Shown one piece after another: positions 1 through 11,825 of a DNA stretch of 64,000 bases (within the stretch, counting starts at the first letter, position 1; every line of letters begins with the position of its first letter). The notes under the pieces are model-generated. The model had not been told where the DNA came from and ran no database searches. It saw only the letters and a program-made list of their open reading frames with translations. This stretch comes from Heptranchias perlo (Eukaryota): assembly GCF_035084215.1 (NCBI RefSeq), contig NC_090329.1, forward strand, positions 44,516,001 to 44,580,000. The letters are read 5' to 3'. A program made the position numbers and the translations under genes.

Positions 1-2976
1 TGAACACTGCAAATTATTTAAATTCCTACAGTGATAACTCACACCAGTGGAAAAGAATACCAGCAATGTGCAAATTACCACAAAATATTCCATACTATAT
101 GAAACACTTGGGAGCATATTTTCCCCTACCCATGCCCACCTCATTTGGGTGAGCAGGATAGTCAAGTCTGCAGACATGGCCATCAGTGCTGCTCTCCTGC
201 CATGACCCATGCTTGAATAGTCCTTTCACAGTTTTCCCTCCCTTACAGAAAGTTAGAAATTGATATTACATTGTCAGAATTAGTTATTGTAAATATGCAT
301 CATCAAGCCACTTAAAATATCTTTTAAAAAGTCAAATAATCTTTTCACATGTTAAAAAGGAAAGCTTTTGCAGAGCACAAGCGGCATTGATAGGAAGGAA
401 ATATTCAGGAAATATGTTGGAAGTCATCTCAGGTTTTAGCTGTCTGCAGTATGTAACTGTGTACAGTATATGGTGATAACACTGAATATAAGTAGAGCAG
501 TAATTTAATCATATAAAATAAAATGGTGGCATTTTTAAACAGCTTTTAAAAATCCTCATTAAAAAAAATGTTGTGCCCATGTCTGTAATTTTCTTCTCTT
601 TTACTTATCTTAACGACATACATCACCAATTACATTATTAATCTTTCTCTGACGTGATATTGTAGCTCCCTATCTTACCAGGTTTGATTAAAAAAAAGAC
701 CCTTTTCTGATAGGTGAGATAAGGAACAATAATAATCAATTAAATTCTTCCAAAAATGGTATAGCTGCCATGACAGTTCCTGTCAACATCCTCTTCAGCC
801 AGCCCAAGATAACATTAGAAAATACGTGATCGATATAAAACACTTCAACTGCCAGCTTGTGAGAGTTCCCCCTTTCCCCAATCTCTGGCTACCCACTCCC
901 TCCCACCATCCCTTGGACACACCCTCAGACCCAGCATGCATCCGTTCCTTCCATGCCTTGGGCCTGCCTTAGGACCAATCTGCACCCTTCATTCTCCAAT
1001 CAGATAGATGAAAAGCACCAGACTCAATGGTAAATAAGTACTTAAACATAATAATTGAACATTAATTTAATGAGTAACTTTTCATTAACCTACACCAGAG
1101 TATCAAGTTTCCTGCCAAGGCCTCAGTGTTATGTTGTTTTATTAATTTTTATTTTGTTAATCTATGTAATTTATATTTTAAAAAAACGATTTCAGGAACC
1201 AGCCCAATCTGTAAAATCCACCCGCAAGGCAACTAGGCATGCATTAGTATATGGATATATATTTAAATAATCAACTTTACATCATCTATGAAACAATAAA
1301 AAGCTAAATTGATGAGGTTTAAGTGAAATTTGCATTGTGTTAAGCAGCAGACATGAAGACCCTATAAGCAAGCCATCCTAATGGCATCTTTCTGCTTTCT
1401 TTTATCCAGTTGGAACAAATGCTACACAATGAGGTTAAACAAAATATTCAGCTTTGCAAATATTGAAAGGAATTGATCATTGTACTAGAATTGCTTGAGA
1501 GCGCAACAGACTGTATCAATGTTCCAGTGGGTGTGGTTTACAAGTGAAATAAGCACTATAATGTGTAAATACAATTTCAACACAAAGTAGGGCAACATTT
1601 GAGAAATTTGTAGGGATAGTACTGAGGTTCCTGTAAGTATAGGTAAATTTAGAAGCTGTACATTATCCTATTAAAATACAAAAAGAACCTTTCAAATTAC
1701 TCTAGGTTATATAAAACATCAAGCCACAGGTGCTGTGATGAGTGATTTCTGCAAAGTATCACCATATACTGTACAGTACTTAGCTAACAAAGAGAACCAA
1801 CAGTGCATTAAAATCATGCAGAAATATTCAATAGCTAGTCGATTCACATAATCAGAGTGGAAAAATTAACTTAACATTGATAGGAATCCAACTTTTACAT
1901 CCAAACCTATTGTAAATGGATATTGACAAATAGCACAACAAAGTTTAAATTTATATTTACTAGATTAGAAACTGCACATTGAACATCTCATCTAATAAGT
2001 TTTCACGAAGCTTCAATTAAATTGTTATGAGCCATCCCTAAAATAATTTGATAAAAACATACAATAGTAAATGAGGAACAGCAAATCCAAGTGGCAAGCC
2101 TCACTGTTGAACACATTTTTCCACACTGATATTAGACATTTTGAGGGCTTTTTTAGAATGGACATACTCTAAAGGTATCAACCTAAGTTATAATGCAGTA
2201 CTGTAAAATTGAGTTAAAAATCCCAGTTGAAAAATCATGCATTGCATAGGGTCATCCAAGGGGCATGCAAGGAACTAAATTTTACTACTACTACTTCTAT
2301 GGCCTTTTTAATATATATTAAAATCTGTCTGATGTAAATCAACGATCGTTATCCAACTTTGAGTTCATACAATACTTTCCTACATATTAATCCTCTTACC
2401 AATTCAAAATGTATGGACTAATTTCACAAAATGCATAGCTAGATTATTAATCATATCTATCTTTGAATTAGACAATAAAATGGATTATAGCAAAAAAAAT
2501 GTCGAAGTTTTGAATTACTATAGGGTCTACTGCATAGCAAATTATTTAATGGGATGAAAGCCAGGAACTGTTTAAAATCACATATCCAATCAATGGTGAA
2601 AACATTGCTAATTTTAATGGAAGGAAGATACTTTTAATTGGATACAACCCAAATGCTAAGCCTTTAATTTGGTAGCTTTAGCAAAACTGATAGAGTCAGA
2701 TTAACTTCCCAGACCAAATGACCATAACCACAATAGCAACTTTACCAAACTTTGTGTTTTGGGTTCCTTTTATATTAGAACGCTCTATAACTGTCCTTGG
2801 TTAGAGCGTCAAGTGGATGTGAAGCAATTGCCAAATATGAGAACAGATTTAGGGAAGGTGCAGTAATTGCAGACACCCACACCGTTTTAGTTCCTTTCAC
2901 ACCCCCAATGTCTTCTATTCTACAAGCACATGCAGAGTGGTTTTAAGGTAAAAGCCAAGCAAGAGTCTATTCTCAC

Positions 2977-3049
2977 TTTCAAAGTCAAGAAAAAAATTTG
3001 GCCCTTGATCAAACTCTGTGCAAGTGAGAACTTTTAGAAGATTCCCCAT
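2977..3049 (-). CDS. CYRIA: CYRI (FAM49) first coding exon, Cys-containing variant [24 protein letters not shown]; whole exon 2977-3056
   Basis: Minus strand reads ttcttctctttcag|GAACCAAATGGGGAAT...TTTGAAA|gtgaga. The 73 coding nt are 24 codons plus 1 nt. The peptide closely matches the CYRI-B-type N-terminus as I recall it ([25 protein letters not shown]). Assigned to CYRIA because of the adjacent exon. Confidence 0.93.
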
Positions 3050-3267
3050 TTGGTTCCTGAAAGAGAAGAAAGGGAAGAGAAAGATGCACTATGTGGTGAA
3101 TATTAAAGACTTTTGAGGGGAAATATGCCATCAACTTTGCTTTGTTGGGAGAAGTGAATGATTTCCAGAAGTATTTTGTTCCTCAACCACATTTTGTGTG
3201 AAGGGTTTGATTTAAAACAGCTGAAGCTTAGGCTTAGAGTCCGTTGCTGCCCGGCAGTACAACTTAC

Positions 3268-3337
3268 TTTCAAAATCCAGGAAAAAATGTGGATAGTTTT
3301 CAATCTCCCTGGTTAGGACCTTAAGCAGATTACCCAT
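3268..3337 (-). CDS. CYRIA: CYRI-A (FAM49A) first coding exon [23 protein letters not shown]; whole exon 3268-3346
   Basis: Minus strand reads ccattttaatcag|GTTGCTGGGATGGGTAAT...TTTGAAA|gtaagt. The 70 coding nt are 23 codons plus 1 nt. The peptide matches the vertebrate CYRI-A N-terminus as I recall it. Downstream exons were not found in 1-2976. Confidence 0.95.
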
Positions 3338-4184
3338 CCCAGCAACCTGATTAAAATGGAACACATAGTTTAAATGAACATTAAATAATTTAGAACATTT
3401 AATAAGTGTTGCTGTAAATTAACAAAGTTTTAAAAAAAAAGTGAAAACAAAATTATATCGTTAAAACATTTAGTCTTAAATATCCTTCAAACAAAAACTA
3501 AAATATTTTATACTAACTGCTTCCCACAAACATAGACTTACGGTACACAATTAGTCCAACACAATTACTGCATTTATCACCAATTTAAAAAAAACAAAAA
3601 TAATCATATTGGATTGATCAGGACCATTTTGTATATTATTAGGAATACAGATTATAGCAGCCATATTTTTAAAAATAAAATGAAAAGTGCTGAGAAAAAA
3701 AAAATCAGTATATAATTAAGGATGTGATTCTGTCTTTGGTATGTTTTTGGGGAAACTATGAATTAGTCATAGCAAAAATCAGGAAAATGATAGTAAACAA
3801 AAATCATGGACATGTTTTATGGGGCTGTTGTCACTGGTGCCATTAAATTTGGAAGCGTTGGGTGCTGCTTCCACTTATTGTAAGAATGGCAGCACAGGAA
3901 GAGACTGTAACTTGTGGTTCCTATAGGATGTGGGAGTTTTGAGCAGCAGATGTTAACTCGGACAGGAACATATGCAGAAGTGTCCGCAACTGAAATTACT
4001 TGAGTTCAAGATCTCAGAACACGAGGCAATCTGAAACATCAAGGATGAAGTGAGGTTCTGGGAACAAGAGGTTTCAGAGGGTAGTCCCTTGCTGAGAGAT
4101 AGGGAACTGACAGTGGTAGAGAAAGGAGTAGTGACTATCTGGAGGTCAGGGAATGCAAGAGCAGGAACATTCAGTGCAAATGGG

Positions 4185-4770
4185 GGAAATTAGCAATTGA
4201 CAGAGGTATTTGAAATTATGAAGGAGTGGGACTGAGTAGCTAGAAACAGATTGTTTCCAATGATTGAGGGGTCTAGAAAGCCTTTCATGACCCCAGGGCA
4301 TCCCTAAGCACTTCACAGCCAATGAAGAACTTTAGAAGTGTAGTCACTGTTATAATGTAGGGAAACATTGCTGCCAAGGTCCCACGAACAGCAATAAAAT
4401 AAATAACCAGACAATCTGCTTCTTTTTTTTAAAAAAACATATGTTAGTTGAGGAATAAATATTGGCCAGGACACTGGGAGAACGCCACTGCTCATTTTTG
4501 AGTAGTGCCATGGAATCTTTTACATCCACCTGAAGAGGCGGTCGGGGCCAGTTTAGCATCTCACCTGAAAGACAGCACCTCCGACAGTGCAGCACTCCCT
4601 CAGTACCGGACTGACGTGTCAGCCTAGATTTGTGCTCGAGTAACTGGAGTGGAGCTTGAACGCGAGGACACTTATACAAGATTAAATGAAATAGATTTAG
4701 GACAGAGCAGGAGAAACATTTTTACACAGTGGGTTTTGAGGCTTAGGAATGCACCACTGGAGTTAGTTCC
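4185..4770 (+). mobile_element. Old CR1 LINE 3' fragment interrupted by a SINE at 4280-4660
   Basis: CR1 RT C-terminal-type text (gaggtatttgaaattatgaagg, gggtctagaa) resumes after the SINE (gaggacacttatacaagatt, tttttacacagtggg). Confidence 0.6.
4280..4660 (-). mobile_element. Deu-domain SINE (SacSINE1/AmnSINE1-like)
   Basis: Reverse complement of the Deu core (gcactgtcggaggtgctgtctttc...gtggatgtaaaagattccatggcactac). Similar copies at 5.35, 9.64 and 35.8 kb. Confidence 0.85.
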
Positions 4771-5347
4771 AGATATTGGGCCTGGTCAACTGGAGTAGGG
4801 CCAGGGGTGGGTCCAGGTCTTAGTTCATCAGTCCTGTGTGAACCTTGTCATGGGCTGTTTTGGAGGTTCATGTTATTGGTGATACCAAGCTCAGGAGTTT
4901 TACTGCTAGCTTTGCCGGGTCAGAGTTTGAGGAGGCAAAGACTGCAGTAGTTAGCGGCTGTGGACTTGCCACATACATTCCCTTGCTATTGCTAGATTTA
5001 CTTGCTGCTCGGCAGATCTGGAATAGGCAAGATTACAGCCAGAAGAATTTTTGAGCATTGAATCTGCTAGCTGGAATTTATGAATTGAGCCAATCCCATT
5101 TGAGCACTCAGCTGGGCCTCATATTTTGTTTTTTTACGTTTGGCATAGAAATTCTGAGTGGATACAAATTACAAATTCACGCCAAGCAATTCACTTCAAA
5201 TCTAAGCCCTGGCATATACACGCCAACCTAGAAAACTTTGGAAAGCTGACAACAGTTTCAAATAAGCTGACCACTCAAAACACAACATACAAATGAAAAA
5301 CAGCCCTGAATAAAGGCCTATGGCACGGCCACTACTTCAAAGATAGA

Positions 5348-5706
5348 AAGACTTGTATTTATATAGCATCTTTCACAACCTCAGGACGTCCCAAAGTGCT
5401 TTACAGCCAACAAAGCACTTTTGAAGTGTAGTCTCTGTTAAGATGCAGGAAATGCGGCAGCCAATTTTGCATACAGCAAGGCTCCACAAACAGCAATGTT
5501 ATAATGACCAGATAATCTGTCTTCGTGACTTTGGCCGAGGGATAAATATTGGCCAGGATACCAGTGAGAACTCCCCTGTTCTTCTTCGATATAGTGCCAT
5601 GGGATCTTTTATGTCCACCTGAGATGTCAGATGGGGCCTCTGTTTAACATCTCATCCGAAAGACAGCACCCCTCACAGTGCAGCACTCCCTCAGTACTGC
5701 ACTGAA
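5348..5706 (-). mobile_element. Deu-domain SINE
   Basis: Same core and 3' tail (gctatataaatacaagtctttc on the minus strand) as the other copies. Confidence 0.85.
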
Positions 5707-6891
5707 GGCGATTGAAGAAGTTAAATTCCTTTTATTACATTGGATTTCAAGATTTTATTAGTGTTTTGGACCACATTCCCCACAATCCAGTTTGTTTGTC
5801 TGTAAAATGATGCTTTTCCTTCACCTCTAACCGGACTATCTCTCATTCTCCCCACCATTACTCGGTGATGACTAAATTATTCAAATAGATTTGGATGGAT
5901 AACAATTTAAAACTGGTAGATAAATCTGGGCAGGCAGGAATTATAAAAGGGATGCACATAGGTAAGATGACAAAAGTGGGTTAGGAAGGCACATTATCAA
6001 TTACATTCAAAATTCCAAGGCTAATAACTGGGCAGACTTTAAGATTCACAAAAGGATCAGCAAAAGTCACCATGAACTGAGGTCAGACACACATTATGTC
6101 TCGGTTATACGATCTTGCTTCTGACAAATTTAATGTTCTATACTGTTAAAATATTAAAGTTAGCTCAGGGGTTTGAAATTCTTAATTATGAAATCAGGAG
6201 CTCAGAATAAAAACAAGAAACCAATAAACTGCATACTTTAAACAGTGCATTTTCTAAGTTCATAACTGTAATAGGATTGAGATATAAGACAAAGAACAGC
6301 CAAATACTCAGGAGATTAGGTGGTGCAGTGGGTTTGCACACTACCCTTTCCCCTTAGCTAGAAAGCTGCTCAGATTGGAAATGAACAGTTGTTCTAAAAT
6401 TCCCAATGCAGTTGCAGCAAGTTGTGAGGCTGAACCATCGTTTTAAACTAATAGCTCACAAAGAACCACTGATTAAAAATAAAAAGCTGCACCAACTGAA
6501 TGGTAATCAGTAATTTGTGCTTTAATTCTGTCCACCCTCTCGGACAAGCCACACTACAAGTCTCGGAGGAAATCACGTTACATTCAGGTCAGCATGAACA
6601 GCCTGTGATATTTGGCTTTTGTAAAGTACAACAGGGTTATAAAATGAGGCGAATGATATCTGACTACAGAATCAAGTCTGCACTTTGTGAAGACAGAACT
6701 GAGTGTTTCAAAAATCTGCACTACACAGATTATAACAGTGAAGGAAATCTGTGAATAGCTCAGCAATTCCCAGTAGATATTTCTATGGACAATTTTAAAT
6801 TTATTCTAAAAGTGATTATTAAAATGATATCCTGATGCAGGAGATGCAAGCTGCGCTCTAATGGGACCAGTCTTCATTATGCGTTGTGTAC

Positions 6892-7269
6892 CTGGTTTAG
6901 TCTCTTCACATCCTGTTGATTAATATGCTGTGGTAAGATTAAAGTTCAGCACGAATATCTTAATTAAGTGGGATTTTAGTGAGAGGCTCTGCTTTCCAGA
7001 TTCTATTTCTTCTCGTCACCCTTCTGGGAGCATTACTTGTGAGCACAACGTTCTCGCCCAATAAAGCATTGCAGCTTATGAGTCTGCATGTGCTCCAAGA
7101 TATCACGCATGTGCAAAAGGCATAATCCACAATGTTTGATTGAGCCACTGGCATTATCCCAGAATAAATGGACATTTAGATCCCAGCTCAAAAAGCTGTG
7201 TGAACTGGGACCAAAAATGCTAACTGCTTGCAGCATCTCTTGTAAGCAATAGTAAAAGTCTATTTCTTC
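6892..7269 (-). pseudogene. Candidate pseudo-exon, 378 nt
   Basis: ccatttttcttccaag|GAAGAA...AAACCAG|gtacac; length is a multiple of 3. Frame is ambiguous: EEIDFYYCLQEMLQAVSIFGP... or FWSQFTQLFELGSKCPFILG*CQWLNQTLWIMPF... Confidence 0.55.
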
Positions 7270-7681
7270 CTTGGAAGAAAAATGGAAAGAGGAGAACAGA
7301 CATCACAGGAGATAAAGTGTATAAACCAAAGCATCCTTGACTCCTGTGACAAAAGGTACAGGTTATCTATGACAGACAGGTTGGTAGTTTTCTACAGTCA
7401 TATTTCTGCTCTACCTTGTTTTGGTCTACCACACCATGAATATGTACCATCTGTGAACAAAAGAGGTGAACAAACTACTCTCAAACACTCATCATTGCCA
7501 CCCTGAAGCTGACCAGTGAGAAATGTATGACTTGGGCTAAGTTCAAACTCATGCGCCAGCATGATATGTCACAATGTATTATTGCATCGTTAGCTGCTAT
7601 TCCACTGGCCTGTCAGTATCTGTTCTTCACTGCTTCCATTAGGTTAGATTTATGTCTAAAATTTAAGCCAGTTGGATTTAC

Positions 7682-7759
7682 CTGACTCTGCATTAAGCGT
7701 AAACACCATCCCTCGTGTGCTGTGGCCCACAGCCAGAATGCCAGCAGTGGGATTATCTC
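7682..7759 (-). pseudogene. Candidate exon, 78 nt
   Basis: ggttcactgacag|GAGATA...AGTCAG|gtaaat; open in two frames (EIIPLLAFWLW... or DNPTAGILAVGHSTRGMVFTLNAES). Confidence 0.6.
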
Positions 7760-9259
7760 CTGTCAGTGAACCAAGTGAAAAGGAAAAAACATAGAAGCAG
7801 AGGAAGAAAAAAATCTGGTCACTACTTAAGAACCTTTAACTGTTTTTACCTTTTGTAAACTTGTTGTTGGGATGTGGGCAACACTGGCAAAGCTACATTT
7901 ACTGCTCATCCCGAATGGCCCTGAAGGCATGAAGTGTTAATTGCATAGTGTGGGACTGGAGTCACTTGTGAGCCAGACCAGGTAGGGGTACCAGGCTCCA
8001 TTCCTTGAATGACATTAGAAAACCAGTTTTTACAATAAGCTTATTTTTCTGCTGGCAGCACACAATAAAGAGACATGAAAATGCTTTTCTGAAAACAAAC
8101 CCATGCGTGCACCACCACACTACGTTGGCACATGTACAGATTTTTAAAAAACATTTCCAACATCTTTATCATGGTCAGAATGACAATTTAAATTAAGAGC
8201 TGTTGACATTCTGATCAGGGTGACCAGGTTGTTGCTGGAGAACAGGAGGCAAATTTCTATTCCAGTGAAAATTTGGTAATTGAAGTCACTGTATATTCTG
8301 GCAGGCACTCTGAACTTGAAGATAGAAATCACTGTTAACGATATGACTGTATGATCACTTAATGTACTTAGATATAATTCTTCTCTCCAGTATTTTTAAA
8401 ATAAATGTGCTACTGCCACCGTTAAAACAGCAGAAATATGATAGACGTTAGATACACGTGGTAATACCACCAGTAGTAATTTCTGCCCTTTATTTACTGT
8501 GAGAAAAAAGGAATCTATTGATGGAACACAATGTAATGAAATACAGTAAAAACATGTTCTAAGAAATGTAGGTTTACATACAAATATCCAGGTATCATTT
8601 TAGTCAGACAGAATTCCTACTCTGACGTCTATTATATATAGTTATATAAATAGATTCACCAAGTATCTACGCAAAACAAATTTAAAGTTCCATATTTACT
8701 CGCATATAGGCCACAACTTGAATTTTGACTTTTTGTGCTTAAAACATGTAACCTACATTCAAGTATATGTAATATATTAGAATAGTTTGCAAAAAAAATC
8801 CCCATCGCAGAAGTCTATAACACAGTAGGTACTGACTGCATCTTTTGCAGCCTAAACTTCCCTACTAGCCAATATTGCGTCTCTTAAAGCATTTTTCTAG
8901 AGCATGTTGTTCTGGAAACTGGACCTGCTCCATAAACTCGAAAGAGCGACAATGGCTTTTTAAATGTAGTCAACATGATAGCTAGTTGATCATTATGTTG
9001 ATCCAGCATTTGCAGCTATATAGCAACTTCCTCAAATATCTCCTCTTAAGATACAGTTTTATTACTGCTATTAGTATCAACCAGATTCTAATGAACACAA
9101 TGTTGGCACGACTTGCTGCACAGAACTTTTTCTATTTCACAAACCTCTCTCCCACAATATGTTGCGAAACCTGGTGCTGCACAAATAATATGCTTACGTA
9201 CATGCATTTGAAGGAAGGGAAGAGGACAAAATAAGGTTTTATATTTTCTTATTCATATT

Positions 9260-9632
9260 AGTAGGGAGAATGAGGAGAGACAATATAAACTAAATGGTAC
9301 AATTTTGAAGGGGGTGCAGGTAGAGAGACCTGGGGGTGTACGTACAAGTCTTTGAAGGAGGCAGGACAAGTTGAGGAGGCTGTTAAAAAGGCATACAGGG
9401 TCCTTGGCTTTATAAATAGAGGCTGAGAGTACAAAAGCAAGGAAGTTATGCTAAACCTTTATAAAACACTGGTTAGGCCCCTGCTGGAGTACGGTGTCCA
9501 ATTCTGGGCACCACATTTTAGGAAAGATGTCAAGGCTTTAGAGAGGGTGCAGAGGAGATTTACAAGAATGGTGCCAGGAATAAGGGACTTCAGTTACGTG
9601 GAGAGACTGGAGAATCTGGGGTTGATCTTAAA
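9260..9632 (+). mobile_element. CR1 LINE ORF2 C-terminal fragment
   Basis: ORF LYKTLVRPLLEYGVQFWAPHFRKDVKALERVQRRFTRM is the typical CR1 post-RT motif. Confidence 0.92.
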
Positions 9633-9639
9633 ATAGAGA

Positions 9640-9956
9640 ATACAGCCAACTTGTGTACAGCAAGATCCCACAAACAGCAATGAGATAATGACCAGATGTG
9701 GTGTTCGTTGAGGGATAAATATTGAACAGGATACTGGAGAGAACGTCCTTGCTCTTCTTTGAATAGTGCCATGGGATCGTTTACATCCACCCCAGGGCAA
9801 AAGAGGCCTCGATTTAATGTATCATCCGAAAGGCGGCACTTCTGACAGTACTGCACTGAAGTGTCAGCCTAGATTTTGTGCTCAAGTCTCCAGAATGGGG
9901 CTTGAACCCATGACCTTCTGATTCAGAGATGAGAGTGCTACCACTGAGCCAAGGCT
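9640..9956 (-). mobile_element. Deu-domain SINE with tRNA-derived head
   Basis: Minus strand agccttggctcagtggtagcactctc...gggttcaagcccc (A/B boxes), followed by the Deu core. Confidence 0.88.
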
Positions 9957-10245
9957 ATCATGTTCACTCATGTGCAAATGGAGTAAAGTTTCCAGAGTTT
10001 TCACCTTTACTTCATCCAGGCAACCTCAATGCAGGAGAAACAAGCTCAAGAACAATAAAATCCAATCCATCTCTTCCTGCAGCAAATGCACCTTCTTTAA
10101 CTCTAAAACCAAGATAAGTGGAAATTTTAATTCCAGCTCTATTTTGCTGCAAAACATATATGTCATCTATCAGCTTACACTACTCCAGTAACTATATAGT
10201 ATAGGTCAGAAAAATATGAAGAGTGCAGCAGATATAGAAAACTAC

Positions 10246-10455
10246 CCACAAAGTAAATGCTGTACAACTACGCCTGAAATTGTGGAAAGCTGCAGCTGTG
10301 CATCAATCTGGAGACTAATATTAACATGCTGCGCTATCCTGAACGATCATTGAGAGTTGTTGCATTTGCAGCTATTGGTAAGATTTACATCAGTTATAGC
10401 AGGTACTCCTGAAGATACAATACTGAACTGTTTTTATTTCTGCACCTGGTGTCGC
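10246..10455 (-). pseudogene. Candidate pseudo-exon, 210 nt, phase 2-2
   Basis: caatag|GCGACAC...TGTGG|gtagtt; RHQVQK*KQFSIVSSGVPAITDVNL...SFRIAQHVNISLQIDAQLQLSTISGVVVQHLLC. Phase fits the exon at 11414-11555. Confidence 0.5.
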
Positions 10456-10920
10456 CTATTGACTATGCTACAGTAACAATAATGATGGCTTAAAAGAGCC
10501 ACTAATGTAACTATTTATCTTCAAAGGAAAAATGTCTCCACAATGATTTCAAACATGCACGAAATCAAGGCTGGAATTCAGAGATTCAGCCAAAAAAAAA
10601 CTGAAAGAGTTTCCTAATTTGCTTCTGTTGAGTCCACTAATGTTTGGCCATAAAATGAATGTGCAGGGTGAAGGAGGGAGGGGATTACCATTATTATTAT
10701 TGATGAGAGAGGGAAGGATTTGTTTTGCCTTCTCATTTTTTACTATTCTACTAGTACCTTTTCTTTTGTGAAACAACATATTTCAGGAGTTTACTTAAGT
10801 TTTCCATTGTGTGCTGGTTTATAATTCCTATTTCTTTTGTACTGATTTTAACAAGAATAGCCAATTATCTACAATATGAATCACAAAATGCAGCAACAAT
10901 GAAAGAAAATAGATACTCAG

Positions 10921-10970
10921 GTAGCATAGTAACAGTGTTTCCAATGGCAACAAGATGCCATTCCGTTGCC
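10921..10970. promoter_or_regulatory. Adjacent RFX X-box-like motifs
   Basis: GTAGCA-T-AGTAAC, GTTTCC-AAT-GGCAAC and a GTTGCC half-site within 50 bp. Motif match only. Confidence 0.3.
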
Positions 10971-11413
10971 TTTTATTGCTGCTGTTACGCTCAGAGCACA
11001 ATTACCAAGTCGAGTCTGCCAGCTGCCTGAGATCATCACCAAATGCATCTTTTGAATTTCAGGATTAGTCAAAAGGCAGTCAGGATATCTCTTTTGCTAA
11101 ACTTACACCTAAACTTAATGACAGTGGATTAGGCAAAATGAAAATTCAGCTGCAAGTCAATGCTCTGTCTCTGCAAATTAAAACAAATAGTTGTGTCAGA
11201 TAAAATAAGTTATAACAAAAAGTCATGACTTCATCTTTGCAGGCAAGATTCTGGCAGAACGTCTTTTTAATTGTTGGAACAGCAGGAGATGCTGAGGGAC
11301 ATTTGTTTTTGTATATTAGGAACATAACAAGAGTGCAGCCAGAGGCAGAAACGGGGTGAATTTTGAGACTGAATCCTAGTAAAATGTATGTGAGACTTCC
11401 CTTGCTGACTCAC

Positions 11414-11555
11414 GCTTAATAAGAGTCTTCACCAAGTCCACTAGTATTGATTACTTTCGACCAGGAAAAGGAAATGAGTTTTCCTTGCATTCTGCCAAAC
11501 ATGGCTACATTACTCTATCACTGGGCATATTTACATTGTCAGATGGGTTTGCCAA
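11414..11555 (-). pseudogene. Candidate pseudo-exon, 142 nt, phase 1-2
   Basis: ttctactcatcacag|TTGGC...TTAAGC|gtgagt; several stops; ...SNVAMFGRMQGKLISFSWSKVINTSGLGEDS. Confidence 0.5.
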
Positions 11556-11825
11556 CTGTGATGAGTAGAACAGAGTTTACTTGAGAATTCCTGATTTTCT
11601 ACTAGTTTCCCCAGCTATGGTTGTTACGTCCTATTTGCCACATCAGTGATGACCAAGCTGAGGAGCTGGATGGTTTTAACAGAAGAGTCCTGTACTCTTG
11701 TAAGAAAGAGTGGGTCAAAGCATGATCAAACTTAGTCCTCAATGCCAAAGATGAAATATCATTCATCAGTTCATAGCCTAGTTCTATTTGTATTTGCCAG
11801 CAATGATTTGGTTGCTGCTTATATT

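Noticed and set aside
3103-3303. [16 protein letters not shown]... as a gene
   Set aside because: It is an out-of-frame overlap of the CYRIA exon running into intron.
7033-7236. C2H2-like motif CGLC...H...H in ORF 7033-7236
   Set aside because: The spacing is non-canonical, and another frame of the same exon fits the flanking phases equally well.
9890-9956. tRNA gene
   Set aside because: The A/B boxes belong to a SINE head that runs directly into the Deu domain; there is no full cloverleaf.
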